From Chloroflexota bacterium (lineage in GTDB: Bacteria; Chloroflexota; Limnocylindria; Limnocylindrales; CSP1-4): 63,950 nt of DNA. Every line of letters begins with the position of its first letter. Within the stretch, counting starts at the first letter, position 1. Shown piece after piece: positions 41,759 to 51,129 of this stretch. Both the position numbers and the translations under genes were made by a program. The notes under the pieces are model-generated. The model was not told the DNA's origin. It worked only from the letters and a program-made list of their open reading frames with translations, and searched no databases. The stretch lies in NCBI GenBank assembly GCA_025358515.1, contig JANYJG010000039.1, positions 1 to 63,950 of the forward strand, given 5' to 3'.

Positions 41759-42793
41759 ATGGGACCTGAGAACCTCGCTGCGATCGTCGGGCCGGGGCCC
41801 GGACCGGACGGCTCGCCGGTGGCCATCGCCATCTCGCCGGTGCTGACCGGCCGCGATTCATTCGATGACATGCGGTCGCGGATCCTCGAAGCGGTCCCTG
41901 GGGCGCGTTTGATCACGGTCTCCAACGAGGGCCTGGCGGACGAATCGCTGGCCGAGGTGGAAGTGCTGCTGCGCGGCTGGGCTCTGGGCGGCGAGGCGGT
42001 CGATCGCGTCGTTGGACGGTCGCCCAAGCTGCGGTGGATCCATTCTGTCTCGGTTGGCGTGGAAGGTGTCCTAACGTCGATCGTGCGGGCTCGAGGTCTG
42101 ACGGTGACCAACGGTCGCAGCGTCTTCGACAAGCCCATCGCCGAATACGTCATGGCGATGATCCTGGCTATCTGCCATCGCCTGCCGCAGTTGCTCGAGC
42201 TGCAGCGAGAGCGATCCTGGCAGCCGCTGGAAGCCCGAGAGATCTCGTCGCTCACCATCGGGCTCGTCGGCGTCGGCGGCATCGGTCGGGAAGTGGCGCG
42301 GTTAGCCTCAGCCTTCGGGCCGCGGGTCATTGCGGTCAAGCGGCATCACGAAGCCGGTCAGATCGACGGCATGACAGTCCTCGGCGGCGTCGAAGCTCTG
42401 CCCGAGTTGATGGCGCAATCCGATTTCATTGTGCTGGCGCTGCCGCTCACAGTGGAGACGGAAGGCGTCATATCCGAGTCATTGCTGGCGCAGGCAAAGC
42501 GTGGCAGCTGGCTGATCAACGTCGCTCGCGGGGCACTCATAGACGAGCTGGCACTGAGTCGAGCTTTGCGCGACGGGCCTCTAGGCGGCGCGGTCCTGGA
42601 TGCATTCCGGCAGGAGCCGCTTCCGGACGGGTCGGCGCTTTACCGAATGTCGAATTGCATCGTGACGCCCCACACGTCGTGGTCCAGCGGGGCGGTCCTG
42701 GGTCGCACTCTGGACGTTTTCTGCGACAACCTGCGCCGCTACAAGGCCGGCGAGCCACTCCGCTTTGTCGTGGACAACGGCGCCGGGTACTGA
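41759..42793 (+). CDS. D-2-hydroxyacid dehydrogenase
   Basis: GVGGIG, INVARG, LDAF..EPL, TPHTS; GGAGG before ATG. Confidence 0.92.
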   Translation: MGPENLAAIVGPGPGPDGSPVAIAISPVLTGRDSFDDMRSRILEAVPGARLITVSNEGLADESLAEVEVLLRGWALGGEAVDRVVGRSPKLRWIHSVSVGVEGVLTSIVRARGLTVTNGRSVFDKPIAEYVMAMILAICHRLPQLLELQRERSWQPLEAREISSLTIGLVGVGGIGREVARLASAFGPRVIAVKRHHEAGQIDGMTVLGGVEALPELMAQSDFIVLALPLTVETEGVISESLLAQAKRGSWLINVARGALIDELALSRALRDGPLGGAVLDAFRQEPLPDGSALYRMSNCIVTPHTSWSSGAVLGRTLDVFCDNLRRYKAGEPLRFVVDNGAGY

Positions 42794-42870
42794 GCCCGGG
42801 CGACTTCTAGGGCGCCAACGACTAGCATGGGCAGCGCGCAATCGCGTCATCCGGAGGAGGCCACCAGCAC

Positions 42871-43974
42871 ATGCAGATCGCCATCGTCGGGCTAGCCGGC
42901 TCGGGGAAGACAACAGTCTTCAACACACTTACCCGAGGCCACGCCCAGACCGGCGGCTACGGCGGGATGGAGCTGCATATCGGCACCGTCAAAGTGCCGG
43001 ATGAGCGGCTGGATCGGCTGGCCGAGATATTCAAACCCAAGAAGATCGTCCAGGCGGACGTCACCTACTTCGACCTTGCCGCGCCGCCGGCTTCCACGGA
43101 AGGTCGAGTCGGCACCGAAGAACTGCCGGCCGACCAGCTGGCCCGCCTGCGCGAGGCCGATGCGCTTCTGCACGTCGTCCGGGCCTTCGAAGACCCGTCG
43201 GTTCCACACTCGGACGGTTCGGTGGATGCCTGGCGCGACTTAGAGCGCCTGGATTTCGAATTCCTCATGTCCGACCTTTCGCTTGTCGAGAAACGCCTCG
43301 AGCGGTTGAAGGCCAGCGGCCACCACGGAACCCCGGCCGAACGGGACGCGAACGACCGCGAATTGGCGGTTTTGGGGCGGCTCCAAGCGACGCTGGTCGA
43401 GGGCCGGCCGCTCCGCGGGGAGTCGATCGACCCGGAAGAGGAGAAGTCGATCCGCGGCTTCCGATTCCTGACGCAGAAGCCTGTCCTGGTCCTGCTCAAT
43501 GTCGGCGAAGGCGATCTTCCGCGAGAACCGGAAATCTTGGCCGGGATCGCCGAGCGCTATCAGCACGCCCGGACGATCGTGTCCGCGCTGTCGGCCAAGA
43601 TCGAGATGGAGCTGGGTGAGCTCGAGCCGGACGAGACGGCCGTCTTCATGGCGGAACTGGGCTTGACCGAGTCGAGCCTGGACCGCGTCATCAAGCTCAG
43701 CTACAGGCTGCTCGGGTTGATCTCGTTCCTCACCGCAGGCCCAGACGAAGTGCGGGCCTGGCCGATCCCCGATGGCTCGTCTTCCGTTGAGGCGGCCGGA
43801 GCGATCCACACGGACCTGGCTCGCGGCTTCATCCGCGCCGAGGTCGTGCCGTACGAGGACCTTCTGGCTCTAAAGACCATGGCGGAGGCTCGCAAGCGGG
43901 GCAAGCTCCGTTCCGAGGGCAAGACGTACACGGTCAAAGACGGCGACGTCGTCGAAATCCTGTTCAGTAAGTAG
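42871..43974 (+). CDS. ychF: YchF/Ola1-family ATPase (divergent)
   Basis: VKVPDERL, FLTQKP, SAKIE, SFLTAG.DEVRAW, IHTD..RGFIRAE, EGKTY.VKDGD. Confidence 0.9.
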   Translation: MQIAIVGLAGSGKTTVFNTLTRGHAQTGGYGGMELHIGTVKVPDERLDRLAEIFKPKKIVQADVTYFDLAAPPASTEGRVGTEELPADQLARLREADALLHVVRAFEDPSVPHSDGSVDAWRDLERLDFEFLMSDLSLVEKRLERLKASGHHGTPAERDANDRELAVLGRLQATLVEGRPLRGESIDPEEEKSIRGFRFLTQKPVLVLLNVGEGDLPREPEILAGIAERYQHARTIVSALSAKIEMELGELEPDETAVFMAELGLTESSLDRVIKLSYRLLGLISFLTAGPDEVRAWPIPDGSSSVEAAGAIHTDLARGFIRAEVVPYEDLLALKTMAEARKRGKLRSEGKTYTVKDGDVVEILFSK

Positions 43975-44044
43975 GCTGGGTGGCGCCGGGTCGCTGGGGC
44001 CCAGATAGCCGGGCAGGCGCCCTCGGCCGGGCAGCCGTCTCAGC

Positions 44045-44404
44045 CTAGTTCGGGCGCGTTCGATCCGTCGGCATGTCCACAAAAAGGCCGCGATAATCGG
44101 CCCCCTCCAGATCCTCGTAATCTTCCTCGGTGTCGACCGAGGCGAGGTAGTTGTCATCTTCGTTCTTGGACACGTTGACCGAGGCAGACAATCGCTCGTC
44201 GGAAATGGCGATGAACCCGTGGTCCTGCTCCAATTCGTCGGCGATGGCCTCAATCAGCGTGTCCTGCTCGTAGGAGTCCTGCAGGCTCTCGCGGATCGAC
44301 TGGACCAGTTCGAAGAAGGCCTCGGCGGCCATTTCTTCCTCGCGAACCAGGAGCACGTCGGCGAAGACTTCGTCTGTGCCTTCGCGAAGCTCATAGAAGA
44401 ACAC
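44045..44404 (-). CDS. Highly acidic small hypothetical protein
   Basis: GGAG then GTG (MFFYEL...); own TATACT -10 box; coding-like codon use. Confidence 0.75.
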   Translation of the reverse strand: MFFYELREGTDEVFADVLLVREEEMAAEAFFELVQSIRESLQDSYEQDTLIEAIADELEQDHGFIAISDERLSASVNVSKNEDDNYLASVDTEEDYEDLEGADYRGLFVDMPTDRTRPN

Positions 44405-44427
44405 GGTTCTAACTCCAAGGGAGGGAG

Positions 44428-45399
44428 ATGACGCAAGCAACTCCAGTATACGCCGGGCCGCCATTCGATCCGCCAGGCGAACCAGACCTGGTCGTGGTCG
44501 GAGCCGCCTCCCGAGACCTCGCCGCGGACGATCCTAGGGGCTGGCGACTGGGAGGCGCGGCCGCGTATTGCTCGTTGACCGCTGCCCGCCTGGGGCTCCA
44601 TGTTCGGTGCTTGCTGGGCGTAGACGGAGCCGCGGCATCGGCCGATGAACTTGGGATGCTGACGGACGCGGGAGTCGAGCTGCGCCTGGTCCCGCTCAAC
44701 CGCGGGCCCGTATTCCAGAACGTGGAAGTGGCCGGGTCGCGGCGTCAGCGATGGTTCTCCAAGAGCGACGCCGTGGCTCCTTCGGCGCTTCCCGTTGAGT
44801 GGCGGGGAGCCGCAGCCTGGTTGCTCGTGCCGGTGGCGGGCGAGATCGGAGAAGAGTGGGCCGCCGAGCTTGCAGCCATTTCCGGCGCCCGTGTCGGGCT
44901 CGGTTGGCAGGGTCTCCTGCGGGAATTTGGGCCCGATGGGTGGGTCCACAACACCGAGCCTAGACCGTCGCCGCTGCTCTCGATGGCCGGCCTGGTGTGT
45001 GCCAGCCGCCATGATCTTGAGCCGCTTATGACGCTGGGGCAGTTGCGGCCCCTGGCGCCGTTGGCTGCGATCGTTCTCACGAGTGGTTCGGCCGGTGGAG
45101 TCGTGTTCCGCGGCACGGACGAGGCACGTTACCAGTCCCTTCTGTCATCTGCGGAGGTGGACCCGACCGGCGCGGGCGACGTGTTCCTCGCCGCCCTCAT
45201 GGTTGCCTGGCTCGCAACCGGGGAGCCGGCTACGGCGGACGCCCTGAGGTTCGCGGCTGCGGCAGGGTCATGCGCTATCGAGAGGGTGGGGCTGGCGGGA
45301 GTGCCAACTCGCGAAGAGGTGGCTGTGCGGCTAGGTGAAGCGGCGGCGCGTCCCCGAGCTCGGCCGACCGGCGCGTCTCCGGCCGAATCCGGAGCCTAG
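44428..45399 (+). CDS. PfkB family carbohydrate kinase
   Basis: LGGAAAY and DPTGAGDVF signatures. Confidence 0.88.
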   Translation: MTQATPVYAGPPFDPPGEPDLVVVGAASRDLAADDPRGWRLGGAAAYCSLTAARLGLHVRCLLGVDGAAASADELGMLTDAGVELRLVPLNRGPVFQNVEVAGSRRQRWFSKSDAVAPSALPVEWRGAAAWLLVPVAGEIGEEWAAELAAISGARVGLGWQGLLREFGPDGWVHNTEPRPSPLLSMAGLVCASRHDLEPLMTLGQLRPLAPLAAIVLTSGSAGGVVFRGTDEARYQSLLSSAEVDPTGAGDVFLAALMVAWLATGEPATADALRFAAAAGSCAIERVGLAGVPTREEVAVRLGEAAARPRARPTGASPAESGA

Positions 45400-46733
45400 A
45401 CCGCTTGCCGGGCCAGCTTCCTAGCCAGTCTCGCGCGTCGCCCCGCTAGGTCTGCCTCGAGGCCCCTCCGCAGAGTCGGTGTGCCCATGCCGCGGCTGCG
45501 AAATAGCGCCAGCAATGCCTGGTCGGTGGCCGCCCAGGCACCTTCTGGGTCGCGCTGGCGGTGCTCCCGCTCCTTGGCGAGTTCGATCCAGCCTAATGCA
45601 GCGAGCGGCCCCGGAGCCGCAACCAGACGGCTCCAGACAAGTCCAGCCTCCGCCGCTCGCCCAAGGCGCCGCAGCAGGCGGGCCAGCTCCATCGTGGCTT
45701 GGGCCACGTCCGGATTGCCGGCGTCTACGCCAGAACCGTCCGGGCCAACGGCGCCCATCTCCAAGCAGCCGATGGCTTCTTCCATTTGGTCTTCGTGCCG
45801 GTACAGCCGTGCCAGCCGCACCAGGTCCCCAGGCGGCGCCCAGCGCCGCACCTCGGCGTGGCCGTAGCCGTGTTCCAAGTGGGCCAGGATCCGGCCCAGC
45901 GTGACCACGTCCTCCGCATTGTGGCGGGCTACCACTCGGATCGGCCCGGCGGGACCGCCGCGGAGGAACGAGTGATACAGGGCCGGGATCTCCCACGATG
46001 GCAGGTCCGGGGCGCGGTGTCGGCGAAGCAGGCTCTTCTCCACGGTTTGGAGCCGAGCATCGGGCAGGCGGTGCCTGAACAGGCGGCGGACCAGCAGTAG
46101 CAGGTCGAGGTGGCTCGCCAGCGGTGGCGGCGGGCGGCGGCCCATGCGGTAGCGCGTCTCGAGCAGGGGCCAGTCGAAGCTCTTGCCGTTGTACGTCACC
46201 AGGCAGGCGCCGCCCGGAATCTCGGCCGAGAGTGCGTCCAGCAACGCCCCCTCCTCGGACAGATCGGGCAGCAGCAACTGCAGCAGCCGCATGCGATCGC
46301 CATCCCAGCGGCCCAGGCCGATCATGAACGCCACTGTTCCCGCCGCGCTGCCCAGGCCGGTAGTCTCCGTGTCGAGGCAGAGCAGGGGAGCGGAGGGGCC
46401 GGGCATGGCCGGCAACTCGGACAGGCGGGCTCGATCGATGGGCAGGTAGACGGGGCGAAGCTCACGCCGCACGTACCAACCATGAGCCGTCTCGATCGCG
46501 TCGCCGTCCAGACCCTCCGCCAGACGACGGGCCAGGGAAGCCGGGTTCACCTCGCCGATGCCCTGCCAAACTGGTCGCGGCGGTCCGGATGGCTCGCTGG
46601 CCGCGACAATTGCGGCGATGGACCGCCGGATCTCGGGGTCCGTCTCGCCGCCGCGCTCGGCTCGAACGCCAGCCACGCGTCCGCGCCGCATCTCTTCGAG
46701 GCGGCGCTGCAGACGAGTTCCGTTTACGGTCAT
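45396..46733 (-). CDS. YprB/MrfB-like RNase H-fold (DEDDh) exonuclease with TPR-like C-terminus
   Basis: LDTETTGL, TYNGKSFD, HLDLL, HNAEDV, ELAK..EH. Confidence 0.9.
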   Translation of the reverse strand: MTVNGTRLQRRLEEMRRGRVAGVRAERGGETDPEIRRSIAAIVAASEPSGPPRPVWQGIGEVNPASLARRLAEGLDGDAIETAHGWYVRRELRPVYLPIDRARLSELPAMPGPSAPLLCLDTETTGLGSAAGTVAFMIGLGRWDGDRMRLLQLLLPDLSEEGALLDALSAEIPGGACLVTYNGKSFDWPLLETRYRMGRRPPPPLASHLDLLLLVRRLFRHRLPDARLQTVEKSLLRRHRAPDLPSWEIPALYHSFLRGGPAGPIRVVARHNAEDVVTLGRILAHLEHGYGHAEVRRWAPPGDLVRLARLYRHEDQMEEAIGCLEMGAVGPDGSGVDAGNPDVAQATMELARLLRRLGRAAEAGLVWSRLVAAPGPLAALGWIELAKEREHRQRDPEGAWAATDQALLALFRSRGMGTPTLRRGLEADLAGRRARLARKLARQAV

Positions 46734-49081
46734 GCCGCGGCCCCGGGCAGTTGGGCGCCGGTGGACAGCGCCCGATCTCCGGTGGCGGCCCCCAGGCCGG
46801 TGGCGGCCCCCAGGGCAGCGAGCAATCGCAAAGCGAGTGCCCTAGCGTCGATGTCGGGCTCGAGCCTGGGTCCCGTGCAGGCTGGGCAGCCACTCTCGCA
46901 GCCACAACCTCCGATCAGGTCGGCGGCACCGGCCAACAACTCCCCGTGCCGATCGAAGAGCCGCTCGGATAGTCCCACACCGCCCGGCACGGCCTCGTAC
47001 AGATAGATTGTCGGGGCCTGATGATGCGGCGATTTAACCTGGGTCACCAGGCCCAGGTCTCGCGGATCCACCATCAGCAAGACCGCAGCCACGGCCTGAA
47101 TGGCTCGGCCCACGCCTCGCAGTGCAACGTCGAGATCGGCCCGTCGCCAACCCTGGGCTGCGGAGTCCACCACCAGCCAGTAGGCCGTCGTCTGCAGCTC
47201 GATCTCCGGCAGATGAACTGGTCCCCAGCCCAGGTTCTCGTCGGTCCCGAACTTCAGCTTCTTGTACATGCTGACCAGGCTTGAAACCATGACCTCGCCG
47301 TGCGCCCGAGTGCAGCCGATGGCCGGCGCGCTATCGAAGGTCTCCAGCGGCTTGAGCGTGACCGCCCTATCGGCGTAGGTGTAGTGGTCGACGTCCACGC
47401 GCCGCACGTACGCCTTGCGCTCATCCCAGTCCAGCCTGTCCACGTGGAATTGGGCCGTTTCGTGCAGGTAGATCGCATCTTCGTGGACGAGCGTCTGGGC
47501 AGCGAAGATGTCAATCTCACCGATGACTCGCGGTCGGTCGCCGGTGGTATCGATAATCACCACGTTTTCTTCCGCAGCCGCCCGGAGCGAGATCGCCGAC
47601 GCCGGAAAGTTTTCGCTCGACCAGTACCAACGACCGTCGCCGGCGCGATGGACGTGGCCTTCCTCGGCCAGGAACGCCAGCAACGGCTCCGCGTCAGTCG
47701 GCCCGAAGTGTTCGCCCGGCTCAAACGGAAGCTCGAAACACGCGGCCTTGAGGTGGCCCAGGAGGACGTGGACGTTGTCCGGATCCAGGCGCGCTTCCTC
47801 TGGCGTGGAGTCCAGCAGGAACTGGGGATGCTCCACCACGTACCGATCCACCGGGCCGCCCCCCGCTATCAGGATCGAGACGCTCGTCCCAGAACGGCGG
47901 CCGGCCCGGCCCATCTGCTGCCACGTCGCGGCGATGGAACCTGGGTATCCGGCCAGGATCGATACATCCAGCTGGCCCACGTCCACGCCCAGTTCCAGGG
48001 CATTGGTGGTGACCACGCCCAGCAATTCGCCGCTGCGCAGGCCGCGTTCTACGGCCCGCCTTTCCGTAGGCAGGTAGCCGCCCCGATAGCCGCGCACCCG
48101 GCTGCGTGGACCGTTACCAAGCCGCAGGGATTCGCGCAGCGTTGAGAGCATGAGCTCAACGCCGACTCGGGAGCGACCGAAGACGAGGGTCTGGCGGCCG
48201 GCTTGCAGGAACGGCAAGGCCCAGCGAGTCGCAAGCGCCTGGGCGGATCCCCGCGCACCGGTGGAGCGATCGATGAGAGGCGGCTGGACCATCAGAACGT
48301 GCCTCTCACCGGCGGGGGCGCCGTTGCGGTCGATCAGGCGGGGAGCTCGGCCGGTCAGCGCCGCGGCCAGTTCGGCGGGGTTACCGATGGTGGCGGAGCA
48401 GCACACGATGATCGGGTGCGAGCCGTAGTGGGCGCAGATCCGCAGCAGCCGCCGCAGGACGTTGGCCACATGCCCACCGAACAGGCCGCGGTACATGTGC
48501 AACTCGTCGATGACGATGATCTGGAGTTGTTCGAAGAGCTGGAACCATTTGGTGTGGTGCGGCAGGATGGCTGCGTGGAGCATATCCGGGTTCGTGACCA
48601 CGACCTGCCCGGCCGAACGAATCGCCGAGCGGATCGCATTGGGCGTGTCGCCGTCGTAGGTTGATGCGTTGATCTGCAGCGACGATGCGCGGCTCAGTTC
48701 GCCCAGCTCCGCGACCTGATCCTGGCCTAGGGCCTTGGTGGGGAAGAGGAACAGGGCGCGCGCCGTAGGATCTTCCGAGAGCGCTTGGAGGGTGGGCACG
48801 AGGTAGCACAGTGTTTTGCCGGATGCCGTGGGAGTGACGACGACCACGTCCTCGCCGGCGCGGACTGCCTCCACGGCCTCTAACTGATGACGGTACAGGC
48901 CACTTACGCCGCGCGATTCCAGGCCTGCCCTGATGCTCGGGTTCAACCATGACGGGAACGGGACAGAATCGGCGGCGCGAGCGGGTATCCTGGCGTGGTG
49001 GACGATGCCGTTCGCCAGCGACGGTTCTTCAAGCAGCCGGTTCAGCACCTGTTCGACGCCTGCCGGCTCGTAGTACCTCAT
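46730..49081 (-). CDS. YprA/MrfA/SftH-like DEAH-box helicase with DUF1998
   Basis: TPTASGKT, TNPDMLH, DELH, SATIGNP, LELGVDVG, Q.GRAGR, C-terminal C.C.SGCPAC. Confidence 0.94.
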   Translation of the reverse strand: MRYYEPAGVEQVLNRLLEEPSLANGIVHHARIPARAADSVPFPSWLNPSIRAGLESRGVSGLYRHQLEAVEAVRAGEDVVVVTPTASGKTLCYLVPTLQALSEDPTARALFLFPTKALGQDQVAELGELSRASSLQINASTYDGDTPNAIRSAIRSAGQVVVTNPDMLHAAILPHHTKWFQLFEQLQIIVIDELHMYRGLFGGHVANVLRRLLRICAHYGSHPIIVCCSATIGNPAELAAALTGRAPRLIDRNGAPAGERHVLMVQPPLIDRSTGARGSAQALATRWALPFLQAGRQTLVFGRSRVGVELMLSTLRESLRLGNGPRSRVRGYRGGYLPTERRAVERGLRSGELLGVVTTNALELGVDVGQLDVSILAGYPGSIAATWQQMGRAGRRSGTSVSILIAGGGPVDRYVVEHPQFLLDSTPEEARLDPDNVHVLLGHLKAACFELPFEPGEHFGPTDAEPLLAFLAEEGHVHRAGDGRWYWSSENFPASAISLRAAAEENVVIIDTTGDRPRVIGEIDIFAAQTLVHEDAIYLHETAQFHVDRLDWDERKAYVRRVDVDHYTYADRAVTLKPLETFDSAPAIGCTRAHGEVMVSSLVSMYKKLKFGTDENLGWGPVHLPEIELQTTAYWLVVDSAAQGWRRADLDVALRGVGRAIQAVAAVLLMVDPRDLGLVTQVKSPHHQAPTIYLYEAVPGGVGLSERLFDRHGELLAGAADLIGGCGCESGCPACTGPRLEPDIDARALALRLLAALGAATGLGAATGDRALSTGAQLPGAAA

Positions 49082-49094
49082 CGCCATCCTCAAA

Positions 49095-49110
49095 TCGAAC
49101 ATCCGTGCGA
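49095..49110. promoter_or_regulatory. Candidate LexA (SOS) box TCGAAC-ATCC-GTGCGA
   Basis: One mismatch from TCGAAC-N4-GTTCGA; lies between the minus-strand TAGACT -10 (49122-49127) and the helicase start. Confidence 0.65.
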
Positions 49111-49189
49111 AAGTGTGGCCCAGTCTAGCAGCGTGCGCAAGAGGGCGGACGTTGTTGACACGTCAGCTGCGGGCAGCTACGATTCACAA

Positions 49190-49648
49190 ATGCCAGGACA
49201 CGAGATCGACATCCCAGTGGACCAGCAGATCGCACAGCCACCGGTTGCCGCCCGTCCGGCTAGGGGAATCAACGGCCGGCGGTTGGCGGTCCTGGTCGCC
49301 GGCCTAGTCAGCCTGTGGCTCGTGGGCGTCTTCGCGCGCCAGGTTGGAGACGCGGCGACGGCGGCCAATCAGGCCGATCAGATGCGGGCCCGTAACGCCG
49401 CGGTATCGCGCGATCTGACCGAACTTCAAAAGGAACTGGAGTTGATCCAGCAACCGGCATTCGTCGCCAACGTGGCTCGGGGCTACATGCTCGGGTCTCC
49501 GCGTGAGATCCCGTTCACGATCGATCCCAACGCCCCGGCCCTGCCGGCCGACGCGCCCGGCTCGGTCGGCATCAGGCCAGACGACGCGGCTTCGGAGCGG
49601 TCGCCGTTCGATGCCTGGCTGCAGGCGCTCTTCGGCCAGCAGCGGTAG
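49190..49648 (+). CDS. Septum formation initiator (FtsB/DivIC-like)
   Basis: Single TM, coiled coil, P.FV...AR...L..PRE pattern. Confidence 0.75.
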   Translation: MPGHEIDIPVDQQIAQPPVAARPARGINGRRLAVLVAGLVSLWLVGVFARQVGDAATAANQADQMRARNAAVSRDLTELQKELELIQQPAFVANVARGYMLGSPREIPFTIDPNAPALPADAPGSVGIRPDDAASERSPFDAWLQALFGQQR

Positions 49649-49691
49649 CGGAACCTTCGAGGTTCGCCGTCCGTGGCGCTACGATGCGCCA

Positions 49692-50630
49692 ATGAATGTT
49701 GCTGTCGCGGATCGCCGGCGCCCGATCAAGGTCGGCATCCAACTCCCGGAGATCGAGCGGCCCGTCCGCTGGCCCGAGCTAGCGTCGATGATCCGACGGA
49801 TTGAGGAACTCGGCTTCGATTCGATCTGGACCGGCGACCACTTCCTGTACCACATGGCGGACGGCACCTCGGATGCACCCTGGGATGCCTGGTCCGTTCT
49901 GGCGGCCGCCGCGGCAATCACCTCGCGAGTCTCGCTCGGGCCGCTAGTTACTCCGGTTGGGTTCTACAACCCGGCTGTGCTGGCCAAGAAGGCGGCGACG
50001 GTGGACGAGATTTCCGGAGGACGCCTCGTGTTGGGACTCGGGGCCGGCTGGAACGATGTCGAGTTCCGGGGCTACGGCGTGCCGTACGACCATCGGATTT
50101 CGCGGTTCGAGGAAGCCTTCACGATCATTCGAACGTTGCTTCAGGAAGGCGAGATCGACTTTGAGGGGAAGTACTTCAGTGCCCGCGATTGCCAGCTCGT
50201 GCCACGGTCGCGCCCCGGCGGGCCGCCGATACTCATTGGTTCGCTGGGTGAGCGGATGCTCAACATAACCCTGCCATACGTGGCGTCTTGGAACGTTTGG
50301 CATACCGAGACCAAGAACAGCTCCACCGGCGTGGCGCCGCTGCTCACCCGTGTGGCGTCGGCCTGCGGGAAGGTTGGGCGAGATCCGTCGACGGTCGAGG
50401 CTAGCGTGGTGGTTCTGGTGCGGATGGCCGGTGGCCTCGGTCGCCGCCAGGGCGACGGCAACATGGACACCACGCCGAACCCGCTTGAGGGTTCGCCAGA
50501 AGTCATTGCCGAGGAAATGCGCGCCTACGCTCGTGCCGGCGTTTCGGAGGTCCAGCTGGTCGTGGATCCGATCACAATCGAATCGATTGAGGCTCTCGCG
50601 CCGGCGCTGGAACTTCTCGACCGCAGCTAA
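49692..50630 (+). CDS. LLM-class flavin/F420-dependent oxidoreductase
   Basis: GFDSIWTGDH, NPAVLAK.AATVD.ISGGR..LGLGAGW. Confidence 0.92.
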   Translation: MNVAVADRRRPIKVGIQLPEIERPVRWPELASMIRRIEELGFDSIWTGDHFLYHMADGTSDAPWDAWSVLAAAAAITSRVSLGPLVTPVGFYNPAVLAKKAATVDEISGGRLVLGLGAGWNDVEFRGYGVPYDHRISRFEEAFTIIRTLLQEGEIDFEGKYFSARDCQLVPRSRPGGPPILIGSLGERMLNITLPYVASWNVWHTETKNSSTGVAPLLTRVASACGKVGRDPSTVEASVVVLVRMAGGLGRRQGDGNMDTTPNPLEGSPEVIAEEMRAYARAGVSEVQLVVDPITIESIEALAPALELLDRS

Positions 50631-50742
50631 GCGGTGCGGTTCTGCTTCGGCCGGGCACATCCGCTAAACTACGCCGCGCACCGGCGGAGTCGGCCCTCGC
50701 AGCTTTTCGCAGCCGCCGTGGCATGGCATACTCCCGATTCGT

Positions 50743-50817
50743 GGCTGGGTAGCTCAGTGGCAGAGCAAGCGGCTCATAATCGCTAGGTCGTTGGTTCAAA
50801 TCCAACCCCAGCTACCA
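50743..50817 (+). tRNA. tRNA with CAT anticodon (elongator Met, or Ile2; not initiator)
   Basis: GGCTGGG/CCCAGCT acceptor stem, AGCGG-CTCATAA-TCGCT anticodon arm, GGTTCAAATCC, CCA; lacks the initiator's three G-C anticodon-stem pairs. Confidence 0.95.
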
Positions 50818-51129
50818 ACTCCGCGTTTGTTGAAGGCGGTCAGGCAGGAGCCCGGCCGCTTTCTCGTTCATGGCGGCATGGGCGAAGCATCGCACCAGAC
50901 GGCCATCGGCTGATGCGACGGGCAAAACAGGCCTCCTTTTCAGGAAACTGATCGAACATCCGAAGGTCACAGTGAGTCATAGGGATAGAGATGTCGCGCG
51001 GCTCGCGACTATTGCGGTGACCTTTCAAGGCCCAAGGACCCACCGTGCGAGCCGAGAGACCCTCGGGCGTATACTGCGGCGGCCCGTCGGCTACGTACCG
51101 ACCGCCAATTCCGGAGGCACTGCTAGACA

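Noticed and set aside
41701-41769. 22-codon ORF overlapping the zincin stop, considered as a frameshifted start of the dehydrogenase
   Set aside because: The dehydrogenase has its own GGAGG and ATG at 41759; no slippery site evident
46779-46815. Short in-frame repeats (also ~5108-5140 and ~22035-22058)
   Set aside because: Encode low-complexity linker or tail peptides; ordinary slippage
50952-50967. TCGAACATCCG half-match to the LexA-like box, upstream of ftsH
   Set aside because: Right half-site (GAAGGT) does not match GTTC
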